Positions 46,259-56,137 of a stretch of 64,000 nt of DNA are shown piece after piece. The notes under the pieces were generated by a model. It saw nothing but the letters and a program-made list of their open reading frames with translations. It ran no database searches and was not told where the DNA came from. Each line of letters opens with the position of its first letter. Position 1 is the stretch's first letter. The stretch is from Acidobacteriota bacterium. GTDB taxonomy: Bacteria; Acidobacteriota; UBA890; WLXD01. The stretch covers positions 202,560 to 266,559 of the forward strand of contig WLXD01000005.1 in the NCBI GenBank assembly GCA_012103255.1, in the 5' to 3' direction. Position numbers and translations under genes: made by a program.

Positions 46259-47359
46259 CTAGATGCCGCCGAAGCTGCCGATCGGATCTTCGAGGCTGAT
46301 CACGATGGAACCGTCCGGTGACAGAATCGCGTAGCCGTCGATCACAGCCTGGACATTGTCGTTGGCCTCGATCTCGCGCAGCTGGCTCGGCGTGAACTGC
46401 CGCAGGGTGCCGCGGATCACGACTTCCTGTCCTCCGAGACGATCCTGTGCCCAGTACCACTCGGACAGGAGACGCGAGTTGAAGAACACCTGGGCCCGAC
46501 GACCTTCGCTGTCGCTGACAACGAAGTAGGGCTGGCGTTCCTCGAAGAGCTTCTCGTCCAACGTGACGCTGTGGACGTCGACGCTGCCACCGGCAAGCCG
46601 GGCGAACGTCTGAATATAAGTCGTGTCGTTCGAGAGCGCCTCGAGCGTGATCGGCTCGCCCGCTGCGTGGAGGTTCGAGGCGAAGCGAAGTTCGTCGACC
46701 TCGACGTAAGGAATCTCCACGACGCTACCGTTCGCGTGCACCTTCATGAGCTCGAGTGCGTCGAGCTCTTCCTTCGTGAAGAGCTCTTCCTGGTCCGTTC
46801 CGGCGAGCGTCGGGTTCAACGGGACCCAGCCGTTCGGCGTCTCGTGCAAGCCGTGCACCTGAATGTCCACCGTCTGGCCGACGCTCAGCGCGAGGAGATC
46901 GAGGTTGTCGCCTGCGATCAGAATCTGGTTGCCCGGAACTGCGGCTTCGGGGCCGAAGTTGAGCATCACCTCGCCATCGTCCTGCGCCGCGGCTTCTGCT
47001 CCATCGTCCGTGTCATCACTGGACGCCGGTGCGGCCGCGGGAGCCGCGCTGGCCGAACCACCCATGCTCGGGTCCGTCAAGAGAACGGAATCCTGATCGA
47101 TGTGTGCTACCTCAAGACCGGTGATCGTGATCTCGACGCTGGCGGGCGGAGCGCTTAGGGCGTGGAGCATGAACTGACGTGGATGACTTGGGCTGGCCAA
47201 GTACTCCCCGAAAGTCATGGTCTGGGGCGTCTTCAGATAGAGGTTCGTGAAGTACGGCACCGCCATGATGTAGTAAACGAACGCGGCAGCCAATAGCAGG
47301 AGCAGCCAGTTCAGGGGGTCTGTGAGACTTTTGGTGAGACCCTTTTTGGGGGACGCCAT
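46259..47359 (-). CDS. hypothetical membrane-anchored protein (N-terminal TM, Ala/Asp-rich linker, beta-rich C-terminal domains)
   Basis: There is an N-terminal TM (LNWLLLLLAAAFVYYIMAV). No catalytic motif was recognised. Confidence 0.4.
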   Translation of the reverse strand: MASPKKGLTKSLTDPLNWLLLLLAAAFVYYIMAVPYFTNLYLKTPQTMTFGEYLASPSHPRQFMLHALSAPPASVEITITGLEVAHIDQDSVLLTDPSMGGSASAAPAAAPASSDDTDDGAEAAAQDDGEVMLNFGPEAAVPGNQILIAGDNLDLLALSVGQTVDIQVHGLHETPNGWVPLNPTLAGTDQEELFTKEELDALELMKVHANGSVVEIPYVEVDELRFASNLHAAGEPITLEALSNDTTYIQTFARLAGGSVDVHSVTLDEKLFEERQPYFVVSDSEGRRAQVFFNSRLLSEWYWAQDRLGGQEVVIRGTLRQFTPSQLREIEANDNVQAVIDGYAILSPDGSIVISLEDPIGSFGGI

Positions 47360-47513
47360 CAGCCGCTCCTCATCAACGCGTAAAAGGCGGAAGCCGTGAA
47401 TTCAAGGGGAGTCAGCGCAACGATTCGGCGCCGGTCCGGTTCAAAGGCCCGCGAATTATAAGTGGGTTTACCGTACCGTGTCGAGCGGCGGCCATGCACG
47501 GCCTCGGACGCCG

Positions 47514-48551
47514 CTATTTGAGGCTCTGCACAAAGCGCTCGATATCGGCGTGTTCGCCGAGAACCAGGAGTGTGGACTCGGCATCGATTGTAACGCCGGG
47601 GGGCGGATTGAATAGTGTCTCACCGCTCGTCGCAACGATGCCCACGATGATCAGTCCGTAGTCGCGACGCACAGCACATTCCTCGATCGTCTGTCCGACC
47701 AAACGAGACTCCGCACCGATCTTGAGTTCCTCGATTTCCAGCGGGAGCCCGTGACGGGCGGTCAGGATTTCGGTGAAGTCCACGGCGTTCGGTCGGAGCA
47801 CCGAGTTGGACATTGATCGCGCACCGATGCGCTCTGGCGATACGACACGATCTGCCCCGGCGGCGCGCAGCCGCCGCTCGCCTGCCGCAGTCGTGGAGCG
47901 CGCGATCACGTACATATCACGGCTGGCTTCCTTTGCACTGAGTGTCACGTAGACGTTGTCGGCCTCGTGAGGTAAGGACAAGAGAATGCCGCGAGCACGT
48001 CCGAGACCCGCTGCCTGCAGGGTGTGGTCATCGACGGCGTCGCCCAGCACGTGGGGCAGGCCGGTTTCTCGGAGCAGCTGGATCTGATCCGGTGACTGCT
48101 CCACGACCACAAGGTCCACTCCGTCGGCTACCAGGTTGCGGCATACCTCCTGCCCTACCCGGCCGTAGCCGCACACGATGAAGTGTCCCGCGAGCCCCGC
48201 AATCTCCTTGTCCATTCTGCGCCTCCCGACAACACGTGTGAGTTCACCCTCGAGCGTCAGCCTGAAACCAGTCGCTACCACATACGCGAACGCCGAGACG
48301 CCAACCAGAACCAGGCCCGACGTGAAAATCTGTCCGGCGGGGCTCAGCGGGTGAACCTCGCCAAATCCCACGGTACTCAGTGTGATGACCACCATGTAGA
48401 TCGATTCGGTCAGAGTCCAGTCCTCGATCAGCATGTAGCCGGCGGTGCCGATCGTGAACAGCCCGACGAACGCAGCGACCCCGGTGAGCAGCGTCGAGCT
48501 GCGAGAGTCCCCTTCCGCCGGTTTCGCGCGGCGGGGCGGGGCCTGGATCAA
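47514..48551 (-). CDS. potassium channel with a cytoplasmic RCK/TrkA-N domain (Kch-like)
   Basis: Two TM helices flank the selectivity-filter-like TLSTVGFGE. A Rossmann GxGxxG motif (IVCGYGRVGQEV) lies in the RCK domain. Confidence 0.8.
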   Translation of the reverse strand: MIQAPPRRAKPAEGDSRSSTLLTGVAAFVGLFTIGTAGYMLIEDWTLTESIYMVVITLSTVGFGEVHPLSPAGQIFTSGLVLVGVSAFAYVVATGFRLTLEGELTRVVGRRRMDKEIAGLAGHFIVCGYGRVGQEVCRNLVADGVDLVVVEQSPDQIQLLRETGLPHVLGDAVDDHTLQAAGLGRARGILLSLPHEADNVYVTLSAKEASRDMYVIARSTTAAGERRLRAAGADRVVSPERIGARSMSNSVLRPNAVDFTEILTARHGLPLEIEELKIGAESRLVGQTIEECAVRRDYGLIIVGIVATSGETLFNPPPGVTIDAESTLLVLGEHADIERFVQSLK

Positions 48552-48556
48552 CGGCG

Positions 48557-49042
48557 TCAGCTCGCCTTGTCCGACTCGTGGATGGTCGTGAAGGAGATGA
48601 CCTCGTAGTTGCGCTCGCCGCGCGGCGTCACAACCGTGATCTCGTCGCCATCCACGCAGCCGGCCAGCGCGTGGCCGATCGGCGAAGTCATGGAAATCTT
48701 CCCTTGCTTCGGATCGGACTCGTCGGGAGATACCAGCTGGTAGGTGATCTCCTCGTCGTTGTCGAGGTCAAGAACCTCGACGGTCGACCAGAAGCCGACT
48801 GAGTCTGTTGAGATCTGAGCGGTATTCATGTTGGAGATACCCTGCCGGCGCTCATACATCTTGAGCAGCATGCCGGTGACGGTGTCTTTTCGCTCTTTCG
48901 CCGCTTCATGTTCGGCATTCTCGCTGAGGTCCCCGTGCGCGGCGGCTTCGGCCAGTTGGCGCGGTAGATCGACCTTCAGTTCACGCTCGAGCGTCGAGAT
49001 TTCGGCGTTCAACTTCTTCAGCAGATCTTCACGGATTCCCAC
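48557..49042 (-). CDS. greA: transcription elongation factor GreA
   Basis: The coiled-coil N-terminus carries ...HGDLSENAEHEAAKE... (the conserved GreA acidic tip DLSENAEY). A C-terminal FKBP-like domain is present. Confidence 0.9.
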   Translation of the reverse strand: MGIREDLLKKLNAEISTLERELKVDLPRQLAEAAAHGDLSENAEHEAAKERKDTVTGMLLKMYERRQGISNMNTAQISTDSVGFWSTVEVLDLDNDEEITYQLVSPDESDPKQGKISMTSPIGHALAGCVDGDEITVVTPRGERNYEVISFTTIHESDKAS

Positions 49043-49072
49043 GGGCTTCGTACTCGGTTTGTTAGACGGTAG

Positions 49073-50137
49073 CTAGCGGCTGAGGCGCGCCAGAGCCGCA
49101 GCTGCAGCGGCGAGATCGGGCTGCAGGTGGAGAGCCTGACGGTAGGCTCTTTCCGCTTCTGTCAGCTGGCCTTGCATCTCGTTGGCCAGTCCGAAGTTAT
49201 ACCAGCTACCCGCATCCCGCGCGCGGTATTCGAGCACCTGTCTGAACGCATCGGCGGCCTCGCGGTGACGTTGAAGGAGCAGGAGCGCCGTCCCCTTGCT
49301 GGAAAGAGCATCGACATCGCCAGGACGCCGCGCGAGAACCCGCTCCAGCAGAGGCAGCGCCGAGTCGGGACGTTCGTTCGCAAGGTGCGCGCGAGCCAGG
49401 TTGAAGTACGCGTACTCATAGTCTGGATCGATTTCGATCGAACGCCGGAAGTTGCTGACCGCGTCAGAAAAGCGCTTTTCCTCGAAGGCGGTGATTCCAC
49501 GCTGAGTCCAGTACTCGGGATTGTCCGCGTCGGGTCGGCCGATCCGGACGGTATCCGAGAGCACTTCTCCCCGACTCGGATCCTCGGCCGGCAAGTCTTC
49601 GGCCGGGACGGTGGTGTAGAGCACTGCGATCTCTCGCAGTGGCGATTCGTCGAAGACACGGACAAAGATCTCGGCCATGTAGATCTGATGAGCGCCTGCC
49701 CGGGCAACCCCGACACCGAGGTGCGTGAACGTTGGATCCATCCGGTTCACGCGATGTCCTGTGCTCCCCATGAGTCCCACATGGAGTGCATCCGGCGTCC
49801 GGTTCGCCGCGACGTTCTCACCGAACTGAAAAACGTTCGGGAAGGCCATCTCGATCCGCGTCTGCGTGCCCACTCCGTAGCGATACGAGTGGTGGGTCAC
49901 CGAGCCGCGCTCCGCCATTTCGTGGGCATGCTGGTAGGCCAGCAGGTCGAGATTCGAGTGGCGACTCAGAGAGTCCAGGTCTTCGAGTACCCGCGCCGCG
50001 TTCAACAGTTCGACGACCTCACGCGCGAGCGTCACCTCTTCGTCTGTAGGCTGCGTGGCGGCGACGCTGGGCGACTGTGCGTACACCGGCCAACTGATCG
50101 AGGCGATCAGAGTGATCAGTGCGATGAGGGTGGACAC
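49073..50137 (-). CDS. secreted CAP (SCP/PR-1-like) domain protein with C-terminal TPR repeats
   Basis: The start is moved to GTG 50137 (signal peptide VSTLIALITLIASISWPVYAQ), 1 nt after the upstream gene's stop. The CAP motifs are HHSYRYGVGTQTRIEMAFPNVFQFGENVAAN... and ...GHRVNRMDPTFTHLGVGVA. It has three or more TPR-like repeats at the C-terminus. Confidence 0.65.
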   Translation of the reverse strand: MSTLIALITLIASISWPVYAQSPSVAATQPTDEEVTLAREVVELLNAARVLEDLDSLSRHSNLDLLAYQHAHEMAERGSVTHHSYRYGVGTQTRIEMAFPNVFQFGENVAANRTPDALHVGLMGSTGHRVNRMDPTFTHLGVGVARAGAHQIYMAEIFVRVFDESPLREIAVLYTTVPAEDLPAEDPSRGEVLSDTVRIGRPDADNPEYWTQRGITAFEEKRFSDAVSNFRRSIEIDPDYEYAYFNLARAHLANERPDSALPLLERVLARRPGDVDALSSKGTALLLLQRHREAADAFRQVLEYRARDAGSWYNFGLANEMQGQLTEAERAYRQALHLQPDLAAAAAALARLSR

Positions 50138-50138
50138 G

Positions 50139-52907
50139 CTAGCGCTCTTCGGGGCGTACGCCGTAGTACCCCTCGCGCACCTGGACCCACACGCCGGGTC
50201 GTCCCGGCACTTCGATGCGCACACGGCGGAACGCACCGTCGTACCGAGTATTCCTCGGGTAGTAGGAGATCGCGTACTGACTGTTGAGCTCATCTGCGAT
50301 CAGCCCGTAGATCTCCTCGAGCTCGGTGAGCTGCAGGGGGAAGTACGCTGCACCGCCTGTCGAGTCGGCGAAGGCGCGAAGTTGTTCGACACCGCGTTTC
50401 ACTGCGCCGCTCGCGTCGCCGAGTTCGGTTCCCTCATGCATCAACTGGATACCGATGGTGTACACGAGCGGCTCGGATTGCCGCAGGTACTCAAGAACAT
50501 CCTCGTAAGCAAACTCGCTGTGCGTGTCGAGTCCATCCGATAGCACGATGACGGCGCGCTTCCCGGAACGTCGGTTGACCTTGCGGATCGACTCCGCGAG
50601 CGTGTCAAAGAGAGCGGTGGAGCCGTCCGGATCGATCGCAGCGAGACCGGCCTCGAGTTCGGCCTTGTCGTGAGTGAAGTCCGTATACATGTAAACCCGG
50701 TCGTCGAAACCGAGCACCATGGCGCGGTTGATGTCACTGACCAGAGAGTCGATAAGCCGCGCCGCACCGGCGCGCTCCGCCCGGATTCCGCCGCCAATCA
50801 TCGAACTGCTCTGATCAAGCAACAAAGCGGCTGAAACCGGTACCTCGCCGAAGTCGAATTGTTCGATCTCCTGTTGAACACCATCTTCGACCACCCGAAC
50901 CTCATCCGGCGATAGATCTCGAACAATCCGACCTGCGGCGTCGCGGATTGTTGCGTGCACGGTCACGAGATTGACCGTGCTCCCGAACTGGATGGCGGCG
51001 CGGTCCAGAATCGTCTCGATTGAGGCGACATTGTCGTCTGCCACGGCGACGGCGCGAATCACGAATACGCGCTCGTCTTCGGAGAACGTGTACGGCAGGC
51101 GGTACGGCGCGGCTTCGACCCGGCCGACGCGGCGTTCGTTCACGAAGAAATCCACGTAGTCGGCGTCGCCTGTGGTGACGACAGCCGTGAGGTTCACGTC
51201 GCCGATCGGCAAGGTGCCAGACTGAGGAGACGTGAGACGGACGCCGAAGCGCGTCGGATCGGGAACTGACTCGTTGGCCGAGGCATCGTCCGGTCCGCTC
51301 GCGCTGTCGGCAATCCTGCTGACAGGTGCTTCGGAGGCCCTCTCAGCGGGCTCGGTAGCGGCCTCTCCCTCAGTAGTGGAGATCGAAGGAGGGCGCAGAT
51401 AGAGCCCGCGCTGTGGCCGACGTGGCGCGTCCGGGGCCTCACGGACGACGATGTACGAATTCATGGCACCCGGCTCGGTGCCCACAATCTTGTCGGTGAG
51501 GTCCTCGACACTGGATGCTTCCCAGAATCGCGCCGTGACCTGAGCGTGCCCGGAGCCTCGGTTCGGATAGGCGAGCGCCTCATCCACGATGCGGGTTTCA
51601 CCAGGCTCCAGATCGATGAAGTACGCCCGTTGGACGCGTTCCGCTCGATCGAACCACTCTGCGCTCACGAGGATGCCCACGCCGCTGCGGTCGTCGGTCC
51701 GGTTGGTGAGCCGCAGACGGAATGACTCTTCCCTCTGCTGGGTCGGGTCCAGGCCGACTTCACCGTTGAAGACGAGTTCGCCGACGGAGAAGCGGTCGTC
51801 GAAGGCGAAGAATCGCCGGATCTGCTCAGCGTCTCCGAACCCGAACCGATTGTTGGCCCTGTTGATGTCCGGAACCAGCCCGAGCGGGTCGACCGTGACG
51901 CTCGTTGGCTCGCACGGCACGTCCATTTCGAAACGGACATCCTCGCGTCCGGCCTCGACCACGTGTTGCACGAAGCTGCCGTCCGCGCACTGCGCTTCGA
52001 TCACGACGGGCATGTCGATTGGTGATCGTCGCTTCAGTTGACCGCGGAGTTGCTCATTGCCATCGCGCAGCGCGACGTCCTGGAGACCGATGTCGATATT
52101 GACGGTCGGTTCGAGCCAGTCGCGCAGCGTGCGGTCTGGGTCCGGCGTCCGGTCGCGCCCAATCGCGTCAACGATTGCCGCGAGATCGTCGGAGGGCTGA
52201 CCAATCAGCCGCCCAATGGTGCTGGTCGACGCGTCCTGGCCATAGATCGCCTCGATGAGTTTGAACGTCGCATAGGCCTTGCCTCGCGCCGCGGGACTCA
52301 AGGGGCTCTCTGACAGGTCCACCGGCCGACGGCTCTGCGCTGCACGCGTGAAGTTGCCCTCAACGCCATATAGAACCGGCGTTGTTGCCTGAGATTCGCG
52401 GAAAATTCTGTCGGTCAGATAGAGCGCCGCACCCTCGGTCCACCACGGCGCGCTCCCGCCTGAGGCACCCATCGCCACGCGGCCAACGACGTACGCGCCG
52501 AGCCAGCGACCGTATCCCAGTGCGTACGAGGCGCCGTAGTCCTGTTGAAGCAATGGCACGTTGGTGCGGATCGTGACGAGCGTCTGGGCTCCGCGAGCCG
52601 ACACCTCAACGACACCATCAGCGCTGCTGCCCGGGCCGCTCGATGCGGGTTCCCAACGCACGGTTCCGGTCGGTATCGGGCTGCCGGTCATCTCGGTGAT
52701 TGTTGCGGCCGCCGCATCGGCGTAGGCCGCCAGCGACACTGCCCAATCGCGCCACGACTCGGGGTACTCGATCGTGATCGGAGCGTTCGAGAGACGAAGG
52801 GTTGCGGCCTGTGGTGTGCTCTGTCCCGCGCCCATGAGTGAGGCGGAGAAGAGGACTACGCACCAGGCTTTGGCCACACGGTTGCTGGTGCGCTTGCGCG
52901 CGCTCAT
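50139..52907 (-). CDS. large secreted multidomain protein with a C-terminal von Willebrand factor A (VWA) domain
   Basis: The start is moved to ATG 52907 (signal peptide MSARKRTSNRVAKAWCVVLFSASLMGAGQ). The VWA/MIDAS-like block is AALLLDQSSSMIGG ... GSTALFDTLAESI ... AVIVLSDGLDTHS. The ORF-track start at 53123 overlaps the FixC gene's upstream region. Confidence 0.6.
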   Translation of the reverse strand: MSARKRTSNRVAKAWCVVLFSASLMGAGQSTPQAATLRLSNAPITIEYPESWRDWAVSLAAYADAAAATITEMTGSPIPTGTVRWEPASSGPGSSADGVVEVSARGAQTLVTIRTNVPLLQQDYGASYALGYGRWLGAYVVGRVAMGASGGSAPWWTEGAALYLTDRIFRESQATTPVLYGVEGNFTRAAQSRRPVDLSESPLSPAARGKAYATFKLIEAIYGQDASTSTIGRLIGQPSDDLAAIVDAIGRDRTPDPDRTLRDWLEPTVNIDIGLQDVALRDGNEQLRGQLKRRSPIDMPVVIEAQCADGSFVQHVVEAGREDVRFEMDVPCEPTSVTVDPLGLVPDINRANNRFGFGDAEQIRRFFAFDDRFSVGELVFNGEVGLDPTQQREESFRLRLTNRTDDRSGVGILVSAEWFDRAERVQRAYFIDLEPGETRIVDEALAYPNRGSGHAQVTARFWEASSVEDLTDKIVGTEPGAMNSYIVVREAPDAPRRPQRGLYLRPPSISTTEGEAATEPAERASEAPVSRIADSASGPDDASANESVPDPTRFGVRLTSPQSGTLPIGDVNLTAVVTTGDADYVDFFVNERRVGRVEAAPYRLPYTFSEDERVFVIRAVAVADDNVASIETILDRAAIQFGSTVNLVTVHATIRDAAGRIVRDLSPDEVRVVEDGVQQEIEQFDFGEVPVSAALLLDQSSSMIGGGIRAERAGAARLIDSLVSDINRAMVLGFDDRVYMYTDFTHDKAELEAGLAAIDPDGSTALFDTLAESIRKVNRRSGKRAVIVLSDGLDTHSEFAYEDVLEYLRQSEPLVYTIGIQLMHEGTELGDASGAVKRGVEQLRAFADSTGGAAYFPLQLTELEEIYGLIADELNSQYAISYYPRNTRYDGAFRRVRIEVPGRPGVWVQVREGYYGVRPEER

Positions 52908-52992
52908 GCTGGAATCGAGTATAGCAACTGCACCCAGTCGGAATCCGGGCTCCTTTTCGCGCCCCAGACGCGCACTTCGCAGTGAATCGCCG

Positions 52993-54300
52993 ATGTCCTC
53001 TGATGAGCGTTTTGAAGTCGTAATTGTCGGCGCCGGCCCCGCCGGGGCTGCTGCCGCGCTTGCCCTGGCTCGGGAAGGCGTCGAAGTTCTGGTGCTTGAA
53101 CGGGGTGACTTTCCCGGCGCCAAGAATCTGTTCGGCGGAATCCTCTACACGAGCGTGGTCAATGAGTTGATTCCCGAATTCTGGGAAACCGCTCCGGTAG
53201 AGCGTCACATCGTCAACCGGCGATGGATGGCCCTCGACGAGGACACCCAGGTCGGACTGGATCTCAAGAGCGCGAAGTTCGACGTGCCGCCCTACAACAA
53301 TACGTTCACGGCACTTCGCGCCAAGTGGGATCGTTGGTTCGCCGAGCAGGCCGAAGAGGCCGGCGCGATGATCATCTGCGAAACCAACGTCGAGGAGATG
53401 ATTCTCGACAAGGGCAAGGTGGTCGGCGTTCGCACTGGTCGCGACGACGGCGACGTGTACGCGGATGTTGTGATCCTGGCAGAAGGAGCCAACGCGCTAC
53501 TGGCCGAGCGGGCGGGATTCCGCCCCCAGATGGCGCCGAAAAACCGAGTCAACGCGGTGAAAGAAGTCATCGCGCTGCCTCCGGAGATCATCGAAGACCG
53601 CTTTCATCTGGAGGGTCGCCAGGGCATGGCTCTCGAGTACTTCGGCGGTGCGGTGAAGGGAACGGTCGGCTCAGGCTTCATCTACACCAATCACGACAGT
53701 CTGTCCGTTGGCGTCGGCTGCCTCATCGAAGAGTTTCTCCGGTTGGAGATGGCGCCCTACGAGATGCTCGATTGGTTCAAGGCGCATCCCATGGTGGCCC
53801 CGCTGCTTCGCGGCGGCGAAACTGTCGAATACGCGACCAAGATGATTCCCGAGGACAGCTACGACAGTCTCTCGGATCTCTACGAGGACGGCCTGCTGCT
53901 CATCGGCGATTGCGCTGGTCTGGTTAACCCGTCGATTCATCACGAGGGCACGAACCTCGCGATGGCCTCGGGCGTGGCAGCGGCCGAAGCTGTCCTGGCC
54001 GCTCGCGAGGCTAACGATTATTCGAAGGCTCGATTGGCGACCTATCGCGAGCGCCTCGAAGAATCCTGGGTCATGAAGGACCTGAAGCGCTACCGCGACA
54101 CGGTGCACTTCCTGCTCGACAACCCCGAAATGGTGAGCGACTACCCTGATCTCACGATTCGACTGATCCGCCGGTATTTCACTATCGACGATACGCCCAA
54201 GGACGACGTGCTCCGCGAGCTGTGGAAGACGATTCGCGACGAGGTGAGTTTCTTCAAGATGGCGCGCCAGATGTGGCGGGCCCGCAAGACCATGTTGTGA
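52993..54300 (+). CDS. fixC: FixC-type electron-transfer-flavoprotein:quinone oxidoreductase (FAD-dependent)
   Basis: The start is moved to ATG 52993 (MSSDERFEVVIVGAGPAGAAAALALAREGVEVLVLERG is the FAD Rossmann motif GxGxxG). It is followed directly by fixX. Confidence 0.8.
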   Translation: MSSDERFEVVIVGAGPAGAAAALALAREGVEVLVLERGDFPGAKNLFGGILYTSVVNELIPEFWETAPVERHIVNRRWMALDEDTQVGLDLKSAKFDVPPYNNTFTALRAKWDRWFAEQAEEAGAMIICETNVEEMILDKGKVVGVRTGRDDGDVYADVVILAEGANALLAERAGFRPQMAPKNRVNAVKEVIALPPEIIEDRFHLEGRQGMALEYFGGAVKGTVGSGFIYTNHDSLSVGVGCLIEEFLRLEMAPYEMLDWFKAHPMVAPLLRGGETVEYATKMIPEDSYDSLSDLYEDGLLLIGDCAGLVNPSIHHEGTNLAMASGVAAAEAVLAAREANDYSKARLATYRERLEESWVMKDLKRYRDTVHFLLDNPEMVSDYPDLTIRLIRRYFTIDDTPKDDVLRELWKTIRDEVSFFKMARQMWRARKTML

Positions 54301-54304
54301 GGTT

Positions 54305-54619
54305 TTGATGTCCATCGATGTTCGCGAGTATCTGAAGCCGCACAAGGCACTCTCACTGGAGGAACGCCTCGGCCTCGTGAAGCGGCGGTTCGCCGACGAG
54401 AGCCACATCACAGTCGATCAAGATGCGTTTCGGGCCGATCCCACGAAGGCCGTTCTTTTCATGTGTCCTGCGCAGGTGTTCAAACTCAACGGCGAAGATG
54501 GGTCGTGCATCGTCAACTACGAGGACTGCCTCGAGTGCGGTACGTGCCAGGTGGCCCGTCGCTACACGACATGGAACAACCCGCAGGGCGGCTACGGCGT
54601 CACGTACCACTACGGCTGA
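54305..54619 (+). CDS. fixX: FixX ferredoxin-like protein
   Basis: The size is about 104 aa. Cys motifs (...FMCPAQVFKL... CLECGTCQVA) are typical of FixX. Confidence 0.8.
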   Translation: MMSIDVREYLKPHKALSLEERLGLVKRRFADESHITVDQDAFRADPTKAVLFMCPAQVFKLNGEDGSCIVNYEDCLECGTCQVARRYTTWNNPQGGYGVTYHYG

Positions 54620-54635
54620 GTTCGACCGTCCGGCC

Positions 54636-54962
54636 CTAGCGCGCCTTGGGCGCCGCTTTGCGTACGAAAACCCGCAGTTTGTCGGGCTCTCGGAGAACAC
54701 CGAGGTATTCGTTGCGGGTGCTGATGCACCAGGCGGGCAGGTCGATCTCGACACCTGCATCGTCGGCGAGGATCATGACCACCGTGCCGGCCGACAGTTC
54801 GCGCGCCGCGTTCTGCGTTCGGATCACGGGCTCCGGACAGAACGTGCCCATCGCATCGACGACTACATCGCAGGTGTCGACGAGTCGCTCGAGTTCGACG
54901 TCGGATTTGATGCCGTGGACGTACGCCGCGACGCCGCGGCGAGGCTTCGAGTCAGGTGACAC
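54636..54962 (-). CDS. TusA-like sulfur-carrier protein
   Basis: The CPxP active-site motif (DAMGTFCPEPV) is present, with a TusA-like beta-alpha-beta pattern downstream. Confidence 0.65.
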   Translation of the reverse strand: MSPDSKPRRGVAAYVHGIKSDVELERLVDTCDVVVDAMGTFCPEPVIRTQNAARELSAGTVVMILADDAGVEIDLPAWCISTRNEYLGVLREPDKLRVFVRKAAPKAR

Positions 54963-54971
54963 GACGAGCGC

Positions 54972-56027
54972 TCAGATCCGGATCTCGTCGAGCCGTCGAT
55001 CTTCGCCCAGCGGCTGGACGCGCAACTGCCCCTGCTCTCCGTCGACTTGCCAGTGCACCGGAATCTCGGACTCGTTTCGCCCGGCGCTATAGCGAGCCGT
55101 GATCTGGCAAGTGAACTCGAGGTCCGCGGCCGACAACGGGCCCTCTATCAGCGTCAGGGGCGAACTGTAATCCTCCACCCATACACTGCCCCTGCCGTCA
55201 CGGAAGCGCTCGAGGAAATCATTCTCGGACTCGTGACGACCGACGATGATCTTCACATCGTCGCCCAGGCGGAAGTGACGCCCGACTTTCAGCAGCATCA
55301 TGTCGTCCGGATCCACGTCCGGTCCATTGAAGGTCAGAAGATCGCGCAGTTTGCGTGAGTAGTTCTCGTCAGGCAGGAAGCAACATCCGCCAGCTGGCTG
55401 CGGGTAGTCCACGAGCCCGAATTCCTCGGCAAGCTGCATCTGCTTGTGGCGGCCGCGTCCCACGATGCCGTGCAGCTTGTCGCGGTCAACCCATCCTTTC
55501 TCTTCCGGAATCGTCGGGGGCATGACGTGCGCGGAAAGAGGCCGCAAAAGGAGTCCCTCGAGGCCGGTCTCCTTCTCGATCATGTGCATCGGTGGTCGTC
55601 GCTGACTCATCGGCCTCTGCCCCAGGACTTCGCCGGTGAAGATGAAGTCGTAGTCGCGCTCGGCCATGATCTCCTTCGCGCGATGCAGCATGAAGATGCG
55701 GCAGTCGATGCAAGGATTCATGCCCGACCCGTAACCGTGCTTGGGATTGAGCACGACCTCGGGCAGGTAGCGGTCTTTGATGTCGATGATCTCGACCGGT
55801 ACTTCCAGCTGGGCGCCCGCGTGGAGTGCGTCGTTTCGGTATGGCTTGTCGCGGTTGTTGAAATTCCCCAGAAGCCGATGGCGATCAGCGACGCAGAACC
55901 CGGTTGAGAAGTGAAGGCCAAGCACCTCAACGCCTAGGTTCTGGATGAGATTCGCGGCTAGCGTGGAGTCGAGGCCACCCGACATGAGGCCGAGGGCACG
56001 GATTTTCTTTTCAGGCATGGCAAACAC
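54972..56027 (-). CDS. PP-loop ATP pyrophosphatase, ThiI-like tRNA sulfurtransferase family (no THUMP domain)
   Basis: The PP-loop motif is LMSGGLDSTLAA. The ThiI-type motif is GEVLGQRPMSQ. There is a CxxC (CIDC). It is adjacent to the TusA-like gene. Confidence 0.65.
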   Translation of the reverse strand: MFAMPEKKIRALGLMSGGLDSTLAANLIQNLGVEVLGLHFSTGFCVADRHRLLGNFNNRDKPYRNDALHAGAQLEVPVEIIDIKDRYLPEVVLNPKHGYGSGMNPCIDCRIFMLHRAKEIMAERDYDFIFTGEVLGQRPMSQRRPPMHMIEKETGLEGLLLRPLSAHVMPPTIPEEKGWVDRDKLHGIVGRGRHKQMQLAEEFGLVDYPQPAGGCCFLPDENYSRKLRDLLTFNGPDVDPDDMMLLKVGRHFRLGDDVKIIVGRHESENDFLERFRDGRGSVWVEDYSSPLTLIEGPLSAADLEFTCQITARYSAGRNESEIPVHWQVDGEQGQLRVQPLGEDRRLDEIRI

Positions 56028-56137
56028 GAGATGGTGGTTCGTGGAGATACCGCTTGGCGGCTTGTCGGGCGCCTCGGATTGCGAGGCTGCGCGCTAGTCC
56101 GCGAGGGTAGCACGCACCCCCGGCAAGTCCTTGCCGG

